This document shows positions 1 through 7,833 of a stretch of 46,720 nucleotides of DNA, one piece after another; positions within the stretch are counted from its first letter, which is position 1, and each line of letters starts with the position of its first letter. Location: NCBI GenBank assembly GCA_964629815.1, contig CAZVTA010000003.1, positions 1 through 46,720 on the forward strand. Reading direction: 5' to 3'. Source of the stretch: an uncultured Candidatus Saccharibacteria bacterium (GTDB lineage Bacteria; Patescibacteriota; Saccharimonadia; Saccharimonadales; AWTP1-31). The notes below the pieces were generated by a model. The model ran no database searches, was not told where the DNA came from, and saw only the letters and a program-made list of their open reading frames with translations. The position numbers and the translations under genes are program-made.

Positions 1-77
1 CGGGGTGTGGCGCAGTTGGCTAGCGCGCGCGGTTTGGGACCGCGAGGTCGAAGGTTCGAGTCCTTTCACCCCGACCA
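1..77 (+). tRNA. tRNA-Pro(UGG), CCA encoded
   Basis: Cloverleaf read by eye: acceptor CGGGGTG/CACCCCG, D arm GCGC-AGTTGGCTA-GCGC, anticodon arm CGCGG-TTTGGGA-CCGCG (anticodon TGG), T arm GAAGG-TTCGAGT-CCTTT, discriminator A plus CCA. Confidence 0.9.
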
Positions 78-85
78 CGAAAGAA

Positions 86-110
86 GTCGAGCATTTTGCT
101 CGGCTTTTTT
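86..110 (+). terminator. Intrinsic terminator after tRNA-Pro
   Basis: Stem GTCGAGC/GCTCGGC (one G:U), 5-nt loop, followed by T6. Confidence 0.7.
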
Positions 111-112
111 CG

Positions 113-253
113 TGCCTGGCTGAAAAGATTAGAACCTGAGACTTGATTGCAAAGCAGGCAATAGTCGAAGGTACGTTCATGACGAACGCGCGCAAAAGCT
201 TGCTTTGAGCACGCGAGGAAATGTGCCGCAGGCAGCCCCTTTCACCCCGACCA
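113..253 (+). repeat. tRNA-3'-end-capped conserved element, copy A (Pro-linked)
   Basis: Lies between two terminators. Ends (238-253) in an exact 16-nt copy of tRNA-Pro positions 62-77 including CCA. The blocks AGAACCT (131-137), CGTTCATGACGAAC (174-187), AGCTTGCT (197-204) and GAGGAAATG (215-223) recur colinearly in the tRNA-Lys-linked copy. Confidence 0.5.
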
Positions 254-262
254 TATGAAATG

Positions 263-285
263 CCCATCCGAAAGGATGGGTTTTT
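263..285 (+). terminator. Intrinsic terminator after element copy A
   Basis: CCCATCC-GAAA-GGATGGG followed by T5. Confidence 0.7.
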
Positions 286-542
286 CATATGGTGAGAAGT
301 TTCGTCGCTTCGACCGAGAAGAATTAGGGGATGAGCACAAGCTGTGTTGTTTATAATTTATAAAAATTTGCAGACTGTTGATAAGCAATTTTTTAGGCAA
401 TGAAAAATAATAATCAATCAACGTAAGTGGTTGAAATACAAAATATTTAGATGTATGATTAGACTATCAATTTAATCCCAGCTATGGCATACAGCATGTT
501 GTAGCGAAAGGAGCACTCATGAGTAAGTATACTTGAAATTTT

Positions 543-565
543 ACAGAGCTTTGCTCTGTTTTTTG
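543..565 (+). terminator. Intrinsic terminator / attenuator-like hairpin about 30 nt upstream of the GHKL ATPase start
   Basis: Perfect stem ACAGAGC-TTT-GCTCTGT followed by T5. It is preceded by an SD-led 5-codon ORF (519-536). Confidence 0.6.
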
Positions 566-596
566 TATATTTTTTTAACAAGTGAAGGAAATATTA

Positions 597-2048
597 ATGA
601 GCTACACAGATAACACACCAAACGCAGAAAAGTTACTAGAAGCATTGAGGAGTTCGGGCTACGATAGCTATTCTGCAATTAGCGATATAGTTGATAATTC
701 ATTAGATGCAAATGCGGATATGATTAAAGTAGAGGTTGGCAAGGCGCATGCTGATGAAATTCTCATTTCGATTGCAGATAATGGCGATGGAATGGATCAT
801 AATACGCTGGATCAAGCGTTGCGATTAGGGTCATTAACTCCAAGAAATAATGAAAATCTTGGAAAATATGGCATGGGTCTAATAACTGCTAGTATCTCGC
901 TTGGAAGAAGGCTAATTGTAATAACAAAAAAGGAAGGAAAATACACAACTGGCGTTCATGATCTTGACGAGGTGGGTCAGGCAAAGAAATTTGTAAAAAC
1001 TATTCGAGAATCTAATGATGTTGAAACGAATTATTTCCTGCAGGCACTAGGTGGCGTAGATAGCGGGACAATAGTTACAATACAAAAGATAGATAATATC
1101 CAAAATAAAAATCTTAGTTCATTTTCGAGCAAGTTAGTTAGAGACTTTGGTGAAATTTTTCGATATTTCCTTGAGGCAAACAAAAAAATACTTGTAAACA
1201 ATAAGGAAGTGAAACCTTATGATCCGCTTATGCTTTCCTATGAAGATACGCAAACCTTTATAGATGATGAGCATGAATTTGAGATGGATGGCGTCAAATC
1301 TTCTGCAAGGCTAAGGATAGTGCATCTACCAAAGTTTGCTCACGCAGAGTCTGACCGGCTAGGCTTAAATATACCCAACCAGGGGTTCTATGTCATGAGA
1401 AATAATCGTCAAATTGCACACGGTGAATCATTGGGTGTGTTCAAGAAGCACGGTGACTTTAACCGATTTAGAGCCGAGCTGTTTATTAATGGGAGTCTTG
1501 ATAGGATTGTAGGTGTTAACTTCAAAAAGGAAGGCATCAGACTTAATGATGAATTACGAAGCTGGATTGAAAGACTTGCTACACCACAAATTGAAGCGGT
1601 ACGAAGGCTTGCAAAAAAAGAGCAGAAAAAAAGAAGTGGATACGTTGATCATTCAAGCAGTAAGAGGCTGATCGGTAACAAGTCTAGTTTACTGAAAAAG
1701 CCTAAACTGAGCGAGAGTGATCTAGAAAAGCCGGGGTTGAGATCTGTAAGGTCTGAAGATTTCGCCAACGTTGAATTTAAAGTAGATAGTAATACACGCT
1801 TAGCACCATTATTTCAGGCTGAATTAGTCGGAAAGAGTCTTGTTATATCTTACAATTCCGATCACCCGTTCTACGAAAAGGTGTTCATGGAAGCACAAGA
1901 CAATCCTGATCTTACTAATGCGTTAGATTCATTAGTTTACTCAACTTCCCTTGCATTGATACAGATTACTAGTCGGCAGAAGCTGTGGCCACTTCAAGAA
2001 GACTTCTATGATTATATGTCAGATAACCTAAGGGCGCTTTTGACGTAG
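597..2048 (+). CDS. GHKL-superfamily ATPase (HATPase_c_3 / MORC-like), stand-alone
   Basis: Bergerat-fold motifs are present: N box DNSLDA, G1 DNGDGM, G2 GKYGMGL. The ATG at 597 has AAGGA about 7 nt upstream; the ORF track starts at GTG 582. The gene is visibly AT-rich compared with its neighbours. Confidence 0.75.
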   Translation: MSYTDNTPNAEKLLEALRSSGYDSYSAISDIVDNSLDANADMIKVEVGKAHADEILISIADNGDGMDHNTLDQALRLGSLTPRNNENLGKYGMGLITASISLGRRLIVITKKEGKYTTGVHDLDEVGQAKKFVKTIRESNDVETNYFLQALGGVDSGTIVTIQKIDNIQNKNLSSFSSKLVRDFGEIFRYFLEANKKILVNNKEVKPYDPLMLSYEDTQTFIDDEHEFEMDGVKSSARLRIVHLPKFAHAESDRLGLNIPNQGFYVMRNNRQIAHGESLGVFKKHGDFNRFRAELFINGSLDRIVGVNFKKEGIRLNDELRSWIERLATPQIEAVRRLAKKEQKKRSGYVDHSSSKRLIGNKSSLLKKPKLSESDLEKPGLRSVRSEDFANVEFKVDSNTRLAPLFQAELVGKSLVISYNSDHPFYEKVFMEAQDNPDLTNALDSLVYSTSLALIQITSRQKLWPLQEDFYDYMSDNLRALLT

Positions 2049-2139
2049 GTCGATCAATGAGTAGCAACAGGGCGATTGACGATGTGGCAACGCCCTAAAT
2101 AATTTACCGGAGCAGGGAAGAGCATAAGATTCGGTATTA

Positions 2140-2841
2140 TTATCGGGCTGAACTTGCAAGCATAACCACGGCCAATGGAAGTATGAATGGAAGCCCGACC
2201 GTAAGGACCACTATGTAGCTGCCTAGATCGTTATTGTGTAGGTTGAGTCTTTTGGCGAGTTTGTTCGAGAAGTCGAGAGACTTCTGTATGTAGTTTGTTT
2301 TAAGTACTGCATAGCTCATGACGTACTGCAACTGAACGCCTATAACCAGTAGAATGTTCTTTTCTGGCGCGCTGGGGTTATGAAAACCTATCGCGGCGAT
2401 GAGCAATATAGCAACCGAGTATAAGACCGTCAGCATGCTGAGAAATGAATATTTTAACGATCGCTTTGCACTAACAAAATTTAATCGAGGCATCAGGTAC
2501 GGCAGTGTGCCCACTAAAACAATCCACCATTTTATGGTTGGAAGGCTTTTGTCTGCACTGTAGGCGCTCGGAGAAACAGATAGTAAAACGCCCGCAATAA
2601 CCAAAAACCAAACAAACGCTACGACGGGCACGCAAAGCAGTTTAAAGCCTTGCCAGTAGTTGCCCTTTAAAATCAGCTTTACGATATGAAGCGATAGTAG
2701 GGTAAAGAGCATTCCAAGCGCAATACAAACGGTAATGAACGCTTCGTATCCACTCTTACTAAACGCATAAGCTAATATGATGTTAAGCCCCGACACCAAT
2801 AACACATATAAGAAATTTGAAGCGTCTTTTTCTTGCCGCAT
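2140..2841 (-). CDS. Polytopic membrane protein, unknown function
   Basis: Multiple hydrophobic segments. The start is moved to the ATG of MRQEKD because a TATAAT (2848-2853, minus strand) lies 6 nt upstream, giving a leaderless layout. Confidence 0.55.
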   Translation of the reverse strand: MRQEKDASNFLYVLLVSGLNIILAYAFSKSGYEAFITVCIALGMLFTLLSLHIVKLILKGNYWQGFKLLCVPVVAFVWFLVIAGVLLSVSPSAYSADKSLPTIKWWIVLVGTLPYLMPRLNFVSAKRSLKYSFLSMLTVLYSVAILLIAAIGFHNPSAPEKNILLVIGVQLQYVMSYAVLKTNYIQKSLDFSNKLAKRLNLHNNDLGSYIVVLTVGLPFILPLAVVMLASSAR

Positions 2842-2901
2842 GGTTAGATTATAGCAGTACAAGTTAGTTGCCTACGCGAAGGGTAATGGTTAGACCCGAT
2901 T

Positions 2902-3582
2902 TTATGAATCGAAGCTTGCGCGCTCGAGTTTAATAGGTGCTGTTGGCACAAAGTCTACAAGGCTCTTCTTAATAATGATGCCTGTCCGTCTATCGTCGGT
3001 TGCGCTCTTAAATTGTACTCTACCAAGAGAAATATGTGGGTGGTTGTTTGGGAACCATGCTGCCGGGTCGTAGTCGCTTGCTGGGTCAATAAAATCCTCT
3101 ATAGCACCGATTATCTCTTGTCGTTCTGTGTGTATATCTTCAGCGCTCTCATCTGACAGGGCAAGACCGATAGACTTATTGGCATCTTTATTGCTACCGA
3201 AGACCCCGACATTTTTAACGGTAATGTACATAGGTCGACGGATTGAGAGGACTTGCTCGTAGATGGCATCAAGTATGTCTTGGTTGGTAATGCCGCGTTT
3301 GTATCTAAAATATGTAGACTCTTTTTTTGCTACGAGGCTCACAGACTTGCCGCGCTGATCGGCTTCATTTCGTACGCGGCGCGTTAAATCGCTCGTTACT
3401 GCATGGAATTCTCTTTCGATATCTGCTAAGGCAAACTCGATGACTGGTCGAAAGACAGAAAAGCGAATGTTTTGTTGCTCTTCTCTGCTTTGCGGTCTTG
3501 CTATTGTCTCTCTCGATTCATGCGCGCCATGTCTTGAAGGTCTTCCGTATGTAGGCTTAACGGGGGCAGAATGTCGTCTCAT
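2902..3582 (-). CDS. Hypothetical protein
   Basis: Long ORF with a basic N-terminus. A TATTAT lies 7 nt upstream of the ATG. No confident motif. Confidence 0.5.
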   Translation of the reverse strand: MRRHSAPVKPTYGRPSRHGAHESRETIARPQSREEQQNIRFSVFRPVIEFALADIEREFHAVTSDLTRRVRNEADQRGKSVSLVAKKESTYFRYKRGITNQDILDAIYEQVLSIRRPMYITVKNVGVFGSNKDANKSIGLALSDESAEDIHTERQEIIGAIEDFIDPASDYDPAAWFPNNHPHISLGRVQFKSATDDRRTGIIIKKSLVDFVPTAPIKLERASFDS

Positions 3583-3655
3583 GGATTAAATAATACAATA
3601 AAAACTATAAAAAAGCAACAATAATCGAACATTATAACCTGCTATAATAATGCTC

Positions 3656-4288
3656 ATGCTTCAAGTAGTGGCCACCATAGTTTTTGGCCTAGCAATTTTG
3701 GTTTATATTGAGCGCAAACATGCCAGTGGTGTGCTTGGCACTGAGCTAACACGTAAAATTGTCCACTTGGTTTCTGGCTTAGCCCTTGCGTCTTGGCCGT
3801 TTTTCGTAAATTGGAGCACGATAGTTGTACTCGAAGTACTGTTTTTAGTGGCGGTAGGGTTGTCTCGTTGGCTCAAGATTTTTGGTAGTCAGAGTGCTGT
3901 TAACCGACTCAGCTGGGGCGAATTCTTCTTTCCGCTCGGTGCTTTGTTGTTGATATTTTTGGGTGCACCACGGTGGTTGTTTGTGTTGGCAATATTACAC
4001 CTAGCGCTTGCTGATGCTGCGGCAGCTCTGGTGGGGGTGCGATACGGTAGTACTAATTCGTACACGGTGCTTGGACACAAAAAATCGCTTGCAGGTAGTG
4101 GTGCGTTTTTGCTGGTGTCTGCAAGCCTTATGGTGGGAGTGTATTTTCTGGCTCCAGAATACGTTTCGAGCTATAGCTTGGGCCTGTTTATCATCACGCC
4201 ATTTATAACGACTATTGCCGAAAACTTTGGTATATACGGTACCGATAACCTGCTGGTGCCGGTTACCGTACTATTGCTGCTCTCGTAG
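3656..4288 (+). CDS. CTP_transf_1-family membrane protein (phosphatidate cytidylyltransferase / dolichol- or phytol-kinase-like)
   Basis: Polytopic. C-terminal signature LADAAAALVGVRYGS...GHKKSLAGSGAF matches the family motif. The second ATG (3656) sits 7 nt after TATAAT 3643-3648. Confidence 0.6.
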   Translation: MLQVVATIVFGLAILVYIERKHASGVLGTELTRKIVHLVSGLALASWPFFVNWSTIVVLEVLFLVAVGLSRWLKIFGSQSAVNRLSWGEFFFPLGALLLIFLGAPRWLFVLAILHLALADAAAALVGVRYGSTNSYTVLGHKKSLAGSGAFLLVSASLMVGVYFLAPEYVSSYSLGLFIITPFITTIAENFGIYGTDNLLVPVTVLLLLS

Positions 4289-6125
4289 ATTTCTTCCAGC
4301 TGCCGTGGGCACGCAGGGCGTTAAAGATAACGACTACGTCGACTATTTCTTGCAGTGCCGCACCGTATACAGGTGCAAATTTACCGCTTGCAAAGACAAA
4401 CATTAGTACTACGCTCAGTGCAATACCGGTCCAGATACTTTGTTTTGCAATAAAAAAGGTTCGTTTAGCAATTTCCATACCCGTAGCCACCTGACTGATG
4501 TTATCGAGCATGATTACTACATCGGCAGATTCGCTGGCAGCGGTCGATCCGCGTGCACCAAGTGCGATGCCTACGTCCGATGCCGTGAGTACTGGTGCAT
4601 CGTTGACACCATCGCCCACAAAACCAACAGGTCGGTCTTTAACCTTCTCGATTGCAATCAGTTTATCTGCTGGTAGTGCTTCGGCAACTACGGTATCGAT
4701 ACCCAGTGATTTTGCAATTGCATTGGCGGTTGTCGTATTGTCGCCTGTTACCATAAGAATGTTTTTGACCTTGAGTTTCTTGATTCGTTCGAGTGTGGCT
4801 TTGACTTCTGGCCGAATCTCGTCTTTAAAGCTAATAATGCCAGCTAGCTGACCGTCGATTGCAACAAGTGCAGAAGTTTGGGCGATAGATTTTTTATCGA
4901 ATGTTTTAGGGAAGGTAATAGACTCCTTTTCGAGTAAGCTCAATCGGCCAACCAAAACATCCTGACCTTTGACTCGCGCAGCTAGACCATTGCCGGCAAT
5001 TTCGCGTACGTGCGGTGCCTTGGCAACTTTTGCTTGCAACTTGTGTGCCTTTTCGACAATAGCGTTTGCGAGTACGTGGTTCGAGTTTTGTTCGAGTGCA
5101 GCGGCCGCGGCAATGACATCTGTTTTAGACCATTTGCCAAATGTAACGATGTTTTCAACGATTGGCTGACCAAGCGTAAGTGTACCTGTTTTGTCGAAGC
5201 CAAGTGTTTTGACATTGGCGAGTCGTTCGAGAGCAGAACCATTTTTGATGATAATACCGTGTTTAGCGGCGCGGCTCATGCCCGATATGAGCGCAATGGG
5301 CGCACCCAAAATTAGAGGGCAGGGCGTAGCCACTACAAGCACTTGCAAGAATCGCAAGCTATCGCCGCTGATAGCCCACGCGCCAAGTGCGATCGTAAAA
5401 GAGAGCAGGGTGAACGGTATGCTGTAGCGATCTGCCATGCGTACAAATGGTGCTTTGCTGTCGGCTGCACTCTTAACAAGTTTAATAATTTGCTCGTATT
5501 GACTTTCGCTTGCTGCGCGCAACGCTTTTGCAGTAACTGAGCCATCGAGGTTTACCGATCCACTTAGTAGTTCAGACTCTGCCTTTTTTGCTACTGGTAA
5601 GCTTTCGCCTGTAAGACTTGCTTCGTCAAAGTTGGCCGTGCCTTCAATGATGATTGCATCTACCGGAACCACCTCTCCTGCTCTGATGATAATTTTGTCG
5701 CCGGCCTGTACATCTCGTGCCGGTATGTCTACGACCTTGCGCCCACGCAAAACATGGGCGAATTTTGGCGCCCGGTCGAGCAGGGCAGTGAGTTCGGTCT
5801 TTGCCCTATTTTCTGCGTAGTCTTCTAGTGTTTCGCCACCAGTCAACATAAGGACAATAACCATACCCGCCCAATATTCGCCGAAGAGTACAGACGCAAT
5901 AATGGCGGTAGCGGCCAAGATGTCTACTCCGTATGTTCCAACACGAAGGTCTTGAATCATTCCCCAAATAAGTGGAACGACATTAATAATTGCGCTTGCC
6001 CCTAAGACAATATGTGCGGCTTTGGTGAATCCAGCTAGCTGTAGGCCAATGGCGATAATGAACGAGGCAACGACAAAGCCAAGTTCTCGGTACTCACTAA
6101 AAAAACGGGCAATCTTTTTTAACAC
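4263..6125 (-). CDS. P1B-type heavy-metal-translocating P-type ATPase (no N-terminal metal-binding domain)
   Basis: Motifs TGES, DKTGTLT and GDGVNDAP are present, with a TM6 motif TPCP. GTG start with AAGGAGA 5 nt upstream. Confidence 0.9.
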   Translation of the reverse strand: MLKKIARFFSEYRELGFVVASFIIAIGLQLAGFTKAAHIVLGASAIINVVPLIWGMIQDLRVGTYGVDILAATAIIASVLFGEYWAGMVIVLMLTGGETLEDYAENRAKTELTALLDRAPKFAHVLRGRKVVDIPARDVQAGDKIIIRAGEVVPVDAIIIEGTANFDEASLTGESLPVAKKAESELLSGSVNLDGSVTAKALRAASESQYEQIIKLVKSAADSKAPFVRMADRYSIPFTLLSFTIALGAWAISGDSLRFLQVLVVATPCPLILGAPIALISGMSRAAKHGIIIKNGSALERLANVKTLGFDKTGTLTLGQPIVENIVTFGKWSKTDVIAAAAALEQNSNHVLANAIVEKAHKLQAKVAKAPHVREIAGNGLAARVKGQDVLVGRLSLLEKESITFPKTFDKKSIAQTSALVAIDGQLAGIISFKDEIRPEVKATLERIKKLKVKNILMVTGDNTTTANAIAKSLGIDTVVAEALPADKLIAIEKVKDRPVGFVGDGVNDAPVLTASDVGIALGARGSTAASESADVVIMLDNISQVATGMEIAKRTFFIAKQSIWTGIALSVVLMFVFASGKFAPVYGAALQEIVDVVVIFNALRAHGSWKKSTRAAIVR

Positions 6126-6178
6126 AGTTTTCTCCTTCTTGGCACTAGTATAACAGATAGGGCAGTGGTACTACACGC

Positions 6179-6208
6179 GAAAATACCACCCGCGGCAAAG
6201 GTGGTATT
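6179..6208 (-). terminator. Intrinsic terminator after the LTXXQ gene
   Basis: 9-bp stem AATACCACC/GGTGGTATT running into TTTTC on the minus strand. Confidence 0.55.
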
Positions 6209-6232
6209 AACGGTAGGGTTTATTGGCAAAGG

Positions 6233-6682
6233 CTACATCATGCCATGATCACGATGACCACGGCCAGGGCCACCCATGGGCATGCCATATTCATCGGGGA
6301 TGTTATTGTCCTTGAGCCATTGCTTAAAATCGTCCATTTGTTTTTTCATGGCTTCGCGATTTTCTTGCTTTGAATCACGGTTTTTTTCGCGGATGTCATG
6401 CATCTCTTTAAGCTTTGCTTTTAGCTTGTCGGCTTGATCTTGCGTGAGCTTGCCATCTTTAACAGCCTGGTCAAGTCGTTCATTCATCTTTTGTTCGTGT
6501 TTGGCTTCTCGCGAGGCGTGTTCTTCGTCGAAGACTTTCTGGACCTCGTCCTTATTTAGGTTAAATTTGCTTGCAATCTTCTCTACGAGTGTTTGTTGTC
6601 CGTTCGAGTTAGTCGCGGCGCTGGCAATACCCGCACCGGCAACGGTTGCCAAGCCAACCGAGGTAATAACGCCTCCCACCAA
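6233..6682 (-). CDS. Secreted LTXXQ-motif protein (CpxP/Spy/ZraP-like) with a His/Met-rich C-terminus
   Basis: Contains GKLTQDQ (LTXXQ), a coiled, charged body, and the C-terminal HRDHGMM. It is adjacent to the metal ATPase. The true start is probably upstream at 6709 (see the finding at 6233-6723). Confidence 0.6.
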   Translation of the reverse strand: MVGGVITSVGLATVAGAGIASAATNSNGQQTLVEKIASKFNLNKDEVQKVFDEEHASREAKHEQKMNERLDQAVKDGKLTQDQADKLKAKLKEMHDIREKNRDSKQENREAMKKQMDDFKQWLKDNNIPDEYGMPMGGPGRGHRDHGMM

Positions 6683-6809
6683 TAATGATTGTTTAAGTGC
6701 TTTTTTAATATGTTTTCCTCCTTATTATATTGTGTGCGCGTCGTCTTCTGGATCCTGCGACAACACTTGTAGCATAGAGTAGCTATATGAAGATTAGCTT
6801 AGAGCTCGC

Positions 6810-7136
6810 TTAAAGTTCGCTGATATCAAGCAGTGGATATATGTCGAGCGCAATCTCTTCGTAGGGGTGCACGGACTTTATGGCATCAACGGCAGCGCGT
6901 GCCTTGCTCTTCGCCACAGTTACTTCTATTCGTTCTTCTTCAACTTGCTCGAGTGTGTCTGCCGAGCCAATATGTGGCTGTGCGTTTTTTGACGGCATAA
7001 ACCTGCCGATTCCTGTACAACTAAAACTGCAAAAACTATATTCACCCAATACTCCTGCGCCAGCATTACCCAGTGCTAAACGAACTTTTTCCGTATTAGT
7101 TTTTGGTACGAATACGACAATTTTCACCTGTTTCAT
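6810..7136 (-). CDS. NIF3/YqfO insert-domain-like small protein (PII-like fold)
   Basis: KIVVFVP...VR.ALG.AGAG..G.YS.CSF...G.G.F.P...A.P.IG......VEE.RIEV......A....I...HPYEE.A.DIYPL matches my recollection of the NIF3 insertion domain. Start taken at the ATG of MKQVK. Confidence 0.6.
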   Translation of the reverse strand: MKQVKIVVFVPKTNTEKVRLALGNAGAGVLGEYSFCSFSCTGIGRFMPSKNAQPHIGSADTLEQVEEERIEVTVAKSKARAAVDAIKSVHPYEEIALDIYPLLDISEL

Positions 7137-7187
7137 ATGTTTAGCATAACAAAAAGAGACCACGTGGGCCTCTTTGATATTCGTTCG

Positions 7188-7265
7188 TGGGGCGAGTGAT
7201 GGGGATCAAACCCACGACCTCCAGAGCCACAATCTGGCGCTCTAATCGACTGAGCTACACCCGCC
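7188..7265 (-). tRNA. tRNA-His(GUG) with encoded G-1 and CCA
   Basis: Reverse complement folds as G-1, GCGGGTG acceptor, D arm GCTC-AGTCGATTA-GAGC, anticodon arm CCAGA-TTGTGGC-TCTGG, T arm GTGGG-TTTGATC-CCCAT, C73, CCA. Confidence 0.85.
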
Positions 7266-7307
7266 GTAAAATGCAATTATATCTGTTACGTGCGTATTTT
7301 TCAACTA

Positions 7308-7796
7308 TTAATCAATAAAACCTACAGCTTCTTGTTTGTCATGGTGAACGAGATAATGGCAATTGTGGCATAGCCATAGTAAATTCGACGGCTGATTATT
7401 TGTATGGTCTTTATCTTTATGATGTACAGCTAACACTCTGTTGTCGTCTTGGCCGCAGCGTGCACATGCGCAGGGCCTATTTTCTCTAAGGAGAATTTTT
7501 CTATAAGAAGCATTGCCATTAACCCAGTTTGAATGTTTATTGCCAATGTATATCGTTGAATTGCGCCAAACCGTTTGACACGACTTGTTACAGAAAAAAT
7601 AACCACTTTTCGATCGACTAATGTCGGTCCGAGACTTATAGATTGTGTTGTTGCAGGTGGCACATGTAGTTATCGTGCCGGTGTTGAATGCTTTGTGTTT
7701 ACAGGTATTCGAACAATATTTGCCCCAGCCTTTCTGAATCCGGTTTGGTTTGCAGTAGAAGTCTTTACCACAACTCTGGCAGGCTATTTCTGGCAT
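7308..7796 (-). CDS. HNH endonuclease with N-terminal CxxC zinc ribbons
   Basis: C-terminal CARCG...HHKD...N...NL..LCHNCH..VHH is an HNH motif. There are several CxxC pairs N-terminally. Confidence 0.8.
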   Translation of the reverse strand: MPEIACQSCGKDFYCKPNRIQKGWGKYCSNTCKHKAFNTGTITTCATCNNTIYKSRTDISRSKSGYFFCNKSCQTVWRNSTIYIGNKHSNWVNGNASYRKILLRENRPCACARCGQDDNRVLAVHHKDKDHTNNQPSNLLWLCHNCHYLVHHDKQEAVGFID

Positions 7797-7833
7797 AAGT
7801 TAAGTTTACCAAAAACAAACCTTATAACCTAGA

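Noticed and set aside
179-208. Conserved micro-ORF inside the tRNA-linked elements: MTNARKSLL here (179-208) and MTNLRRSLLRVSEEMVR in the Lys copy (44674-44621, minus strand)
   Set aside because: The apparent amino-acid conservation (K to R, and a silent Leu change) is equally well explained by compensatory changes in the CUUG-tetraloop hairpin. The lengths and stops differ, and the Arg-linked copy has no equivalent ORF. I have not called it coding, but it is worth testing.
2902-3582. Possible 2H-phosphoesterase (LigT-like) assignment based on HPHISLG
   Set aside because: Only one H-x-[ST]-x motif is present. The expected second motif is not (FHAVTS does not fit), so the call is left as hypothetical.
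4440-5820. Cluster of 60-117-aa ORFs on the plus strand, and out-of-frame ORFs on the minus strand, inside the P-type ATPase gene
   Set aside because: All lie within a full-length ATPase ORF that carries every signature motif. Their translations are low-complexity (Ala/Ser/Arg/Cys-rich), as expected for shadow frames.
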